In this document: piece by piece, positions 14,070 to 26,189 of the stretch
Position numbering within the stretch: position 1 is the first letter of the stretch
Layout: every line of letters starts with the position of its first letter
Assembly: GCA_964016885.1 (NCBI GenBank)
Contig: OZ024742.1
Coordinates: 254,076,001-254,140,000 of the forward strand
Origin: Eledone cirrhosa
Lineage: Eukaryota
Direction: 5' to 3'
DNA: 64,000 nucleotides
The notes under the pieces: generated by a model
The model's input: only the letters and a program-made list of their open reading frames with translations
Told to the model about the DNA's origin: nothing
Database searches by the model: none
Made by a program: the position numbers and the translations under genes

Positions 14070-14628
14070 TGTCATGGTCGGGTCGTTGGCGACTAAACTA
14101 GCAACCCCACCAAGGTTTCTTGGTGAGGAGGGTGACTTTGGACATCCTGCAGGACTAAAAACAAAACCTGTCAAAGGGCAAAGGAGCTCTTAAGAGTCAA
14201 TGGCCATCCAAAATCACTGGGAGAGATGACCCCTTAGCCTTTGGCAAGGCAGAATTCTAGGAGAAGGAAAACTCTGATATAACACCTGCAACCCTGATGG
14301 TATCCAATGATGTAGAGTTGTTCTTCTTTTTGGTAAATATCATCTTGGTTAAGAGAGTGGGACTGGCTTTGTGCAGTGCCTTTGCTCACTATAAAAGCTT
14401 CACGGCACAGGCATTGCTTTATATCTGGAGATCTCTCTGCACTTGTCGTCACATGGTACCAAGGGCAAAGCACTATGTGTCAATAATTGTCACAAGTGTA
14501 GTGTTTGTACCAGAGTTTTCAAGTCGCTGGCTGGACTAAAAAGTCACACTCGTTCAGCGCATCGGTAGGGGTTCTCCTACATGGATATAAAGTAGTGGCC
14601 GTACTCGAAAACGAGTTGGCAGCCACCA
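14070..14628 (+). mobile_element. Probable RTE 5'UTR-derived non-coding repeat (longer copy)
   Basis: Contains CTAGGAGAAGGAAAACTCTGA; its 3' 370 bp is duplicated at 3594-3963; bounded by microsatellites. Confidence 0.55.
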
Positions 14629-14653
14629 TATATATATATATATATATATATAT

Positions 14654-17452
14654 ATCATCATCATCATCACCGTTTTACGTCCGTTCTTCCACGCTAGCAT
14701 GGGTTAGACGGGTTGTCCTGTTGTGGGCAGTGTCTGGTCGGCTGACCATGCCTTGCTCATACAGGAACTGATCTGGCTTGATTTCTACAGCTGGATGCCC
14801 TTCCTAACACCAACCTCATTTACAGTGAGTGCTGGGTGCTTTTTCGTGGCGCCTACACGTCCACTTTACAGTGTGGGCTGGGTGCTTTTTTGCCGTGGCA
14901 CCTCCACGACCACCTTGCGGTGGGGGGTGTGGGGGCATATTGTTTATATGCTTCAGCATGTACCCATGGGAGGTCGGGTACCCTGTATTACTGCGTGACG
15001 CCAGAAGTCACGGTCGTGTGTCATTAACTTTGAGAGGTGTAGTTGGGTAAGGTCGGCTCTTATCACCTCATCCCAAGTCATCTTGGGTCTCCCCACTCCG
15101 CGGTTTCCATCAACTTCTAGTGCTCTGCACCTTTTTATGCAGCTGTCATCCTTCATACGCATCACATGTCCATACCAGCGTAACCGCCTCTCCTGCACGC
15201 AGCATTTGATTCCTCTTATGCTCAGTCTCTCTCTCAATTCCTTTATGCTTTGTCGTTCACGTATATTACTGTTACACATCCATCGGAGCATGCAGGCTTC
15301 GTTTCTCTCTAATCTACGTAAGTCTTCCACCTTCAGCGCCCAGGTCTCACTACCATGCAACATCGCTGTTCGGATACACGCATCATACAGTCTGCCTTTC
15401 ATTCTGAGGGAGAAGCCTTTTGCAGCTAGCAGTGGTAGTAGTTCCCTAAACTTCTTCCATCCCGTTCTTACCCTAGTTATTGTACTTTCTGAGCACCCAC
15501 CTCCGTTGCTAATTCGGTCACCTAGGTAGCAGAAGCTGTCTACTGTTTCTACAGGGCCCTCCCAGAGATTGGTGGTACTTGTTTCCTGTGGCTGTTTGCT
15601 TGCTGTTTCAGCACAGCTGCTGCATGTGAATCCTACATTCTTAATTAAGCTTCCTGAGATCCCGCTACATCTCTTGTGTAGCCATTGTTTGCATTTGGGG
15701 CAGAGAATGGAGTTCCTACCTACACCTTTCCTACATACTGAGCAAGGCCATTTCCCTGAGGGGATCTGGGTTCTGTTTTCTCGTCTACTTATAAGGACCT
15801 TAGTCTTTGTCATGTTGACTTTGAGGCCCTTTCTCTCTAGTCCCTGCTTCCAGGTTTGGAATTTATTCTCTAGTTCTACCATAGATTCAGCTATGAGTGC
15901 AAGGTCATCAGCATACAGGAGTTCCCATGGGCATCCGGTCTTAAACTCCTCCGTTATTGCCTGCAGGACTATGATGAACAGGAGAGGGCTAAGAACAGAG
16001 CCCTGGTGGGCCCCAACCTGTACGCTAAATTCCTCGCTATACTCATTGCTAATCCTAACTTTGCTGACTGCTCCCCTATACATGGCTTGTACCGCTTTCA
16101 CAAGCCATTCATCTACTCCTAGTTTTCTAAGAGCCCACCAGATTACTGCACGTGGAACTCTGTCAAAGGCTTTCTCAAGGTCGACAAATGCCAAGTAGAG
16201 TGGCTTACTTTTAGCTAGGTACTTTTCCTCACAAGGAAGAGGGCATCAGTGGTGCCTTTCCCTGGTACAAACCCAAATTGCATCTCGTCTATATTCACCC
16301 GGTCCCTAATCAGCTGTGCTATAACTCTTTCTGTTACTTTCATGACCTGGTCCATCAACTTCATACCTCTATAGTTTCCTCTATCTAGTGCATCGCCTTT
16401 ACCTTTGTAGCAGTTGACAATGATGCTACTGCACCAATCTTTTGGTATGGCCCCCTCTAGTATTACCTGGTTAACGATACGTGTGGTTATAGTGTGACCT
16501 ACAGACCCAGATGCCTTCAGCATCTCGGCAGCTATACCCGATGGACCGGTTGCCTTCCCTATCTTCATATCTCTGATTGCCTTACTTACTACGCTGCCGC
16601 TGACTTGTACTGCTGGTCCCTCTATAGGGTCTACGTGGGGTAGGGTCTCTTCTTCCCATGCATTCTCCTCATTTAGTAATCTATCATAATGACTCTTCCA
16701 TGCATCTTTCTTCTCAGCACTTGTGAGGGCAAGCTCACCTTTATCATTCCGGATACACTTCTCTCCAATGACATCACAACTACATCTGACACACTGCCTC
16801 GCAATCTTGAATACCTCCTGTTTCTGGTCCTCACGTTGCAAAACATGCTTGAATATTCTATCCTCTGCTTCCCTCCTAGCTAAGTATACTTGTCGCCTAG
16901 CTTCCCTCTTGGTCTCTATGTAATGTACCCTGCTCCCCCCGTTCTTCCATTCTTTCCATGCCTGTCTCTTGGCCTTGACTGCTTCATCTACCTTATTGTT
17001 CCACCACCAAGTCACTCTCCTCCTGCTTGAGGTCTTACTCCAGCCACAAACTTCATCCGTCGCCTCTAGTAAGTTATTTTTTAGGAACTCCCAGTTCTCT
17101 TCTACGTTAAATGTCTCTATCTGTTCTTCTTTACTGTCGTAGGCGTTGAGTAAAATATCTTTAAATCTGTTACTGGTTGAGGGGACTTTCAGCTTCCAGA
17201 TCTTTCTTCTCCAGGTTGGCCTCTGTTTCCGGGTTCGTCTAGTTCTGACCGTGAGGTCGCTGACAACTAAGCTATGTTGGGATGTACATTCCTCACTAGG
17301 GAAGACTTTTGTGTTTACGACCGTCCATCTGTCACGTCCTCTGATGAGGATAAAATCTAACTGACTAGAGTGCTCCCCTGATCTATAGGTGATCAGGTGG
17401 TTGTCGGGTTTTTTAAAGTTTGTGTTACATATCGACATGTCATTGGCGTCGA
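14654..17452 (-). mobile_element. RTE-clade LINE, family B, 5'-truncated, one frameshift (~16215)
   Basis: ORFs 16215-17438 and 14953-16194: SQLDFILI, NYRGMKL, FVDLEKAFDRVP, QGSVLSPLLF, YADD, PHD-like finger, FCYLG. ~300-nt 3'UTR and (GAT)n tail. Confidence 0.93.
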
Positions 17453-17455
17453 ATA

Positions 17456-17999
<544 letters not shown>

Positions 18000-18081
18000 C
18001 GTCTAACCCATGCGAGTGTGGAAGATGGACATTAAACAAAGATGATGATGATGATCATATATTTTATTTGTTGTGCTTATA

Positions 18082-18665
18082 GTACCTAGGTGATCAGATT
18101 AGCATGGGAGCGGGGTGTTCCGAGGCCATAGTATCTAGAATAAGGATGGGTTGGAAGAAGTTTAGGGAGCTGCTTCCTCTGTTGACAAAGGAGGGTTTCT
18201 CTATGAGTACGAAGGGCCGGTTATATGATGCTTGTGTGAGATGCATGATGCTGCATGGTAGTGAGACCTGGGCCGCAACTACAGAGGATATGCGACGGCT
18301 GGAAAGAAATGAAGCAAGCATGCTCTGTTGGATGTGCAATGTCAATGTGCGTGAACGACCAAGCATAAACAAGTTGAGAGATAAACTGTGTATAAGAGGG
18401 ATAAGTTGTGGAGTGCAGGAGAGAAGAGTGAGATGCTATGGACATGTGATGCGCATGGAGGATGACCGCTGTGTAAAGAAGTGCCAAGAAATCCCAGTAG
18501 AAGGAAGACGTAGTAGAGGAAGACCACGAAAAACATGGACGAAGGTGGTGAGAGCAGACCTCAGATCGCTGAAGCTCACGGTGGAGATGACAAAGGACCA
18601 AGTGAAGAGATGCTGTGCTGAATTGGACCCATCACAAGCAGGGAAAAGCAGACGTAAATGATGAT
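18082..18665 (+). mobile_element. RTE LINE family A-like 3' fragment
   Basis: ORF 18104-18661 with [21 protein letters not shown] and GRPRKTW; tail present. Confidence 0.88.
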
Positions 18666-19411
18666 ATATATATATACACACATATATGAGGAGACGAAGC
18701 AAGTCAAATAGAACAGTCATAGCTTCAGCCATTTCCTCACCAACTCAGTGAACATGTAAGTTCATATTATTAGAATTCAAATCCAGCTGGCCAGAGTGCA
18801 CATTTTTGTTAAAGCGTGAGGAAGACGACTGTGTGGGTAAGAATATATGGTACGCAGACTGCTGCAACATTTTCCACGGTCCTGAACTGATGGTCTTGCA
18901 CCGATAGATGAAGCCATATGCAAAATATTAGGTAATAATAGCATACATTACATAATTAGCCATATGTATATATAGATATTGTGTAAAATCCATGTCAAAC
19001 TGGAATATACCATCCTAGGTATTCAGAGTTTCTCAAAGTGAGTTCATTTCACTTTGTTCATCAGCCTATTCATTGTATATATAAAATTATATATACGTAT
19101 GTTGTGGATATTCCCCATGGGTATTGGGAGATGACCACAATTAAAAAAGGTATTCAATATGTTTGGTAAAATATAGGCATCTTTATTTGATATAAAAATG
19201 ATTTCTACAGGACTATAAATGTTTCATTCATATGAAATGATCAGCGAAGGATGTTCCTGATAATTTCATATGAATGAAGCATTATTAATTTGACAAGCTG
19301 ATTGGTATAGTGAATCTGAGCCTCCATCAATTCTACCTCTCCCTCTATAACCTCATCCCTGCTAAAGTCCCCGGTAAGTTGCTATAATGATATTGTCTTT
19401 ACTCTCAGTGT

Positions 19412-19640
19412 ATACAGCCTAGCTGAATGGTTAACATGTCCCCTTCACAATCATTAGGTCCCTGGTTCAATCCTACTGTGTGGTACCTTGGACAAGTGTC
19501 ATTTACCATAGCCACCAATTGACTCATGTCATGTGAGTGAAATTGAGTAGACTGAAACTGTGTGGAAGCCTGTCAGATGGACTGTGGCTGTAATGCAAAG
19601 GGTCAGCCTTGTCACACACTGTATCATGCTGAATCTCCCT
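19412..19640 (+). mobile_element. Degenerate tRNA-derived CORE-type SINE
   Basis: TAGCTGAATGG (box A), GGTTCAATCC (box B), CCTTGGACAAGTGTC. Confidence 0.6.
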
Positions 19641-19643
19641 GAG

Positions 19644-19684
<41 letters not shown>

Positions 19685-19701
19685 ACACACACACACACAC
19701 G

Positions 19702-19754
<53 letters not shown>

Positions 19755-19959
19755 AGGTTGGTGTTAGGAAGGGCATCCAGCTGTAGAAATCAAACCAGAA
19801 TCAGTTCCTGTCCCACCCTTGCAAGCAGGGAAAAGCGGACGTAAAATGATGATGATGAAGGCTGACCTGCTCAGCTGAAACTCATGACAGAGATGACACA
19901 GGACCGAGAACTCTGGCGCTACGACATATGACAAAAGATGCAAGTTGACAACTCAGCTT

Positions 19960-21335
19960 GTCATGTGTTTATGAAGGGCACCCAGCTCCCAAATTACAGT
20001 CCTGCTGGGAGCAGGGCATGGCGCAGCCAACTGGCATGATCCTCTGCATGGTAAACCTGGTTAGTGTTTAGGAAGGGATCCAGCAGCTGTAAAAACCCAG
20101 CCAACACACAGTCGAATTTGTGCAAGGTATGGTGCGGTCATTTGGCCAGACTTGTTTCATAAAAGTATCACCCAGTAACATGGCTCCACTATGAGCAAGA
20201 CATAGTATGGAAAACTAGCCAGATCTCCCTCATAATTGGGACCACCCAACTCCCAAGTTATGGTGTTGCTGTGAGCATGGTATAGTGCAGTCAACTGGCC
20301 AGATGCATCCCATAACAGTGCCACCTAGTTTCAGACTGTAAACATGATAAGTATTTGGTAGGGCATCAAACAGACATAAAACCCCAGCTAACAAACAGTC
20401 CTGTTATATGCAAGGTACAGCATGGCTATCTGGCCAGAATTGCCTTGTAACATGACCACCCAGTAACATGGCCCCACTATGAACCAGGCATGGTGGAGCC
20501 AACTGGCCAGACATCCCCCATAAATGGAACTGCTCAGTTACACACTGTAAACATGGTTTGTGTGAGAAAGAGCATCCAGCTATAAAAATCCCAGCTAAAA
20601 TACAGTTCTGTTTGAACAAAGTAGGGTGCAGCCAGCTGGCCAGGCTTGGATGACCCGTCTAACCCAGGGCATGGCTCAGTTAACTTGCCAGACCCTACTC
20701 CTAACAGTTTCACACAGTTCCAAACTATAAACATGATTGGTGTTAAGTAGGGCATCCAGCAGCTGTAAAACACCAGCTAAGGTATGGTGTGCTCATCTGG
20801 CCAGAATTGCCTTGTAACATGACCCCACTTTGAGCAAGGCAAGGTATAGCCCACTAGCCAGACCTCTCTCATAACATTACCACCCAGTAACATGACCTGA
20901 CTTTGAGCAAGGCATGGCGTGGCCCACTGGCCAGACCTCCTTCATAATGAGACCACACAGATCCCAATATACTGTTCTGTTGTAAGAAGGGTATGGCGTG
21001 GCTATCTGGCCTGACTTGTTTCATAAGAGGGCAACCTGGTTCCATACAGTAAATGTGGTTGGTGTTAGGAAAGTATGATGCTGCCAATTGACCAGACTTA
21101 CTTCACTATGATGCCACCCAGTTCTACACACTATAAGCAAGGCACGGCGTGGCCAACTAGCTAGACATCCCTCATAAATGGGACTGCTCAGTTCCACACT
21201 GTAAAAATGATTTGTGTTAGGAAGGGCATCCAACTGTAAAAATTCCAGCTAAAATACAGCTGGCCAGATGTGGATGACCCATCTAACTCATGCAAGCATG
21301 GAAAAATAGACATTAAACAATGATGATGATGATGA
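19960..21335 (+). repeat. Degenerate tandem array built from RTE 3'UTR / SINE-body modules
   Basis: Repeated modules GCAAGGCATGG..CAACTGGCCAGA..CTCATAA and CTGTAAACATG.TTGGTGTTAGGAAGGGCATCCAGC, ending in the RTE tail and (GAT)n. Confidence 0.7.
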
Positions 21336-22645
21336 TATATATATATATATATCCATATATTTTTTCTGTACAGTTTCTTAAAATGGTTTATTTAATCACA
21401 GAAATCTTTTAAGGAAAACTTGATTCAATGAGTGTGAATAATAATGGCAACTGGCTTCAAATTAGATCACTTTGCAATCTTAAAATATGGCATTACAAAT
21501 ATAGATTAGCATGAAAGAAATGATTGGTTGTAGAATATCAACCGAAACTAACAATTTCTTCCTACCTCTTTCAATCTTGATAAAATATTAGATTAACAGA
21601 TACTGTATGAAAAGAAGGGGAAAAATTCTTTTACAAAGAACTAGAGGATTCTGGGTAAAATGTGAATGTTTATGTGGTCGAATGTATGTGCTCTACCAAA
21701 TTGGGGGTAACTAATTTTCTCTCCTTACATTAAATAATAATGATTTTTTTTTTTAACATTTGCACCGAGTCTATTACACTTTGAGATTTAATTGATCTAT
21801 ACAGATCAGATGAACATTTCATATTTTTCTGATCTAACTATAATGATGAAAAATATTAAATTTGAGAAGATTTAATGTAAATAAGTGAAAGAATGTAAAT
21901 AAAAGTATCACGGCAGTCTGGAGTTTCATTCTGCTTATCAAGGCAAATCATTTTCCCTATAACAACATCAATAATAATAATAATAATAATAATAATAATT
22001 GACAAAATAACAAAATATACTACTGGATCAAAATTTCTTGAAACTAGGAACCAATCGGCAGGAGACCCTGTAGTAGGCCCCGAGCAACATGGCGGGGTAA
22101 CATCCATGAGCTTGGCCGATCTCACTTGGGGATCCAGCCAGATCAGCTGAAAATAGTTGCTTCTGGCAGGACCTGCTGGAAGGAGTGTTTGAAGTTTCTA
22201 CCCCTACGATTCTCTCAGGAATAAGTGGGTGGAATAAAAGAAGAAAAATAGTCAATGCCACCTAAAAATATCAAGATAATTCCAGTTGACATCAGAGCCC
22301 AAGACATAGGGGACAATACAAGGACAGAAAACATCACAGTCAGGTTTACATTGTGTAAAGGAAAGGAAACATCCACAAAGGGAATACAGTAAATACAATA
22401 ATAACAGGACCCTATCAGCAGGCTGTAATGCATCACTTAAATTTATGGCCAAGCTGCCGGTAAGATAGTTATATAGCCCTTCAAATCATGCCAGTTATTT
22501 TTACCAACAGAAATCTCAGAAAACACTACCTAACAAGCATTTTTTTAAAAAGCCTCCTTGTAACAGTATATATAATACTAAAAATGCTGTCTACAAAGAG
22601 ACTTTATATATACTACGAAGGATACTATCCTCAAAGTGACATGTA

Positions 22646-23951
22646 CAGTGTGCGGACGATATTTGTTGGCAAGATTACTGTCTAGGAAAATATAACACAG
22701 TAATTTTATTTTTTAAGATATATTTATCAAACTTGGGTCAGTTTGTCTTCATGACTTGTTCTTTCGATCTCACTCAATAAACCCGCCATTGGCTTTGATG
22801 ACGGCCTCAAGGCGGCCTCGGAACCAGCTACAGGCCTTCATCACTGTGCCCCGACTAGGCCCCTAAAGGCACTTGTGATCCTGGCCTTCAGATCGTCTTT
22901 CGTATTGCAGCTAGATCTGTTGGTGTCTCGTTTCACAGCGCCCCACACAAAGATGTCGAGAGGGTTGCAGTCAGGCGAGCTGGGAGGCCAGATGTCAGGT
23001 GAACTGTGGTCGACGAAGTTCTCTGCGAGCCAGGCTTGGGTCTTTCGGCTGGTATGGCAGGGCGCTGAGTCTTGCTGCCACACGTACAGCCTACCTGCAG
23101 CTACCTGGTCGATCCAGGGCTTTACTACCTCGCTCAGAACGCGTATGTAGCCATCGGTGTTCAGCTTGAGGCCCTCGGGGAAGAAGTGAGGTGGCATGAC
23201 ATCACCTTGGCTGCTGACGACACCTAAGACCAATGTTGTTGCTGGAAACTTTGTCTGCATGACTCTGGGCACGTCTTTGGATGAGACAGTGAGCCACCTG
23301 TTGTTCTGGGAGTTGATCTTCTGGTCTTGGCAGAAGTTTTTCTCGTCGGAGAAAACCACAGCATGTCTGGCTCCAGTGGGTGTTTCAACTTGTTGATCAG
23401 CTTCTTTGCATGCTTCAGTCGCTTTTCTTGCATCGCCTTTGACAGAAATTGCCCTTTCCTCATCTTGTATGAAACGTAGCGAATGTCTTCATGTACCACC
23501 AGCCTAATGAGCTTTTCATCCACGCCTTTCTCCCTTTCAATGGCACGCATCGACTTGCTAGGTTCATTGTTGATGATATCCTGAACTTCAGCGACGAACT
23601 CGGGCGTTCTGAAGGCGTTAGATCGTTGATCATGTGTTTTCCTCGCTGATGTTACTTCGTATTCGAATCCTGAATCTTCCTATTCCTTTCTGACCTTTTC
23701 CACCATTCTCCTGCTGACGTTGAGAAAGTCTGAAATTTCCTTATTTGTCCTCCTGGCGCGGATTCCAAGAAGAACTCTGTGTCTCTTCCACAAATTTGGC
23801 GGTTCAAAATTATAAATAATCAATTATTCTGAAAATAAATAATGGAAATATAGTCACTGTTTTTATGAAGACAAGAGTGACAACGGAAGCAAAAAAAATT
23901 TGCATAAAATTAGCAGTTGAAAATTGCGAAACAAATATCGTCCACACCCTG
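22646..23951 (-). mobile_element. Tc1/mariner superfamily DD37D (maT) DNA transposon, full length, disrupted transposase
   Basis: ~27-bp imperfect TIRs (CAGTGTGCGGACGATATTTGTTGGCAA / TTGCGAAACAAATATCGTCCACACCCTG) and TA target duplication. FSDEK, then QQD + 37 aa + D (WPPSSPDCNPLD). Frameshift near 23355 and an internal stop. Confidence 0.92.
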
Positions 23952-24204
23952 TATATACTATGGAGAGTGCTGTCCTTAAAGTATCATTATATTACAGAGT
24001 ATACTATCTTCAAAGTAACATTATATATATTATGAATGGTGCTGTTCTCAAAGTAACATTATATTACAGAGGGTGCTGTCCTCAAATTAACATTATATAT
24101 ACTACAGAGCGTGCTGTCCGCAAAGTAACATTACATATACTATGAAGGGTGCTATTGTCAAAGTAACATTATATATTCTGCCATGCTTTGCAGCAAAGAG
24201 TTAC

Positions 24205-24335
24205 TTCCCTTTACGGACTGAGTTCAAATCCCGCCGAGGTTAACTTTGCCTTTCATCCTTACGGAGTCGATAAAATAAAGTACCAGTAATACACTGGGAT
24301 GATTTGCTGGCCTTGTGCCAAAAAGTAGAAACAAT
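24205..24335 (+). mobile_element. SINE fragment with Nin/Deu-like domain
   Basis: GAGTTCAAATCCC box B followed by CTTTGCCTTTCATCCTTACGGAGTCGATAAAATAAAGTACCAG. Related copies at 27500-27678 (+) and 25990-26145, 28550-28720, 28780-28890 (-). Confidence 0.7.
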
Positions 24336-24491
24336 TATATATTCTACAGAGGGTGCTGTCCTCGAAGTAACATTATATATACTACAGAGGGGGTGCTATC
24401 CTCAAAGTAACATTATATATACTACAGAGGGTGCTGTCCTCAAAGTAACATTATATATATTACAGAGGGCACTGTCCTCAAAGTTATATTA

Positions 24492-25918
24492 TCTATACAT
24501 ATATATAAAACTGAAATTGTTTGTGTGTGTGTGTCCTAATTTTTGAAAAGTCTATACAAGTCCACATTTCTACTCCGATTGACTTCAAACTTGCATTTAT
24601 ATATTCCTTGCGGTCTAAAGATATTAACTGGAGCTTTTATTTTTCAATTTTCTATTGTTAAAGCGTTGTTAGGCACCAGTTATCAATCTCTCTGTCTTTT
24701 TTAGTCTGTCTTTTTAGATAGATACATAGCTATAACGTCTCGCCCTTATAATATCTGTCTGTATGTCTGACTGTCTGAATTACGACATTATGACAAACAT
24801 TATTATCATTGCTGACGTATTATCTTCGTTAGTTTCCGTTCACTGCCAGGGAGCATCTCCATGAACCAAAGTATCATCTTCCTGTCTTCCTTCGACTGTA
24901 ACATTTTTCGAAATATTTACTTCTGCGTTCACAGATTGATTTTTTTAGATTCAGAAGATCCCGTTAAGGGTGAAAGCACACGTTGTAAGCAATGTCAATG
25001 TTACTGCTGCTACAAAGGACTCCCATTACCACTGAACTTTCACCTTTGCGTTCTGCATTTCCATCCGCAGGCCAACATGGAATGGTCTTCATAGTAGTCA
25101 GTTTATTGAGGGACAAACAAAAGGGTCTCGAATTTGCCGTCCAAAAAACCCATTGACAATAACGAAAACCGCTAACATCAACGCAGAATGATACATTGTA
25201 GGTCGCTTTAACCCGTCTTTTATTAATCAAAAATCTTCTTGCCCTTTGTGCGCCATTCATCTAACTGTAGACCAACAAATACCAACTAAACGAAGCATTG
25301 ACAAGAACGATAGCGAATGAATCTTCAAGGTAAACAGTTTCTTTCTGAGCTGTTAGTTCATGCGGGATTCTCTGCTACACCTTTTCATAATAATACCGAA
25401 CAACGTACTGCTGGTCACTCCTTCCTCCAAAAGCTGTACAAAGCGGACATGTGCATCAGGCAGATGGATTGGGTGCAAATCTACACCAGGCCTATGCAAG
25501 AAATTCGCAAGGGACTGCACCGAGAGGGACAGAGAGAAAGAGTAACTTAGTGGAAAGAGTGCGAATGAACTTTTGAGGTAAGTAGCCTACGCCTTACTGC
25601 TATGACACTGAAACCTTCTGCCAACTTAATCTGTGACTTTCTCTTTCACATTTACTCCAATAGGCCAAAACAGAGTGGAAACGCCAAAGGACAACTGTCA
25701 CAGAAGGAGTATGAAAAGAAGGGGCTCAACAATATTTCTATAAACAATGCACGTAGACAGCTAAACTGTACTTTCAACTTCTTAATTTTCTCCAAATAAA
25801 ACAAGTTTCCTGTCGGTATATTTTCGTGAGTTTTTAACAGGACTCACAAATAAACGTTTCTCATTGGAGGTGCTATTACCAATGTTCTTACCCGTGCAAC
25901 GCCGGGATACACTGCTAA
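24492..25918 (+). mobile_element. Non-autonomous Helitron-like element
   Basis: 5' TCTATACATATATAT start after A; 3' GC hairpin CCCGTGCAACGCCGGG followed 8 nt later by CTAA (CTRR) then T; no target duplication. Confidence 0.7.
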
Positions 25919-26189
25919 TATATACTACAATAATATCAGAACAAAATTTGAACCTGATGATATGAGATGAATACAAGATACTCAAAGTAATAATAATAAT
26001 AATGGTTTCTGATTTAGGCACAAGGCCAACAAGTTTGGAGGAGGGGAAAGTCGATTAAATTGACCCAGTGTGTTACTGTTACTTTATTTTACTGACCCTG
26101 TTAGGAAAAAAGGCAGTGAGATTTGAACTCAGAATGTAAATGGATGTAACTATGTGCCACATGCACAGTTCTAAATTGAGGCGATAGAA

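Larger units (their letters stand above)
22540..24490 (+). repeat. ~39-bp minisatellite (CTCAAAGTAACATTATATATACTACAGAGGGTGCTGTC), interrupted by a maT transposon and a SINE fragment
   Basis: Units visible at 23955-24180 and 24335-24490; degenerate units at 22540-22645. Confidence 0.8.

Noticed and set aside
23955-24490. Regular ~39-bp repeats resembling a CRISPR array
   Set aside because: Head-to-tail minisatellite without unique spacers, eukaryotic context, no cas genes.
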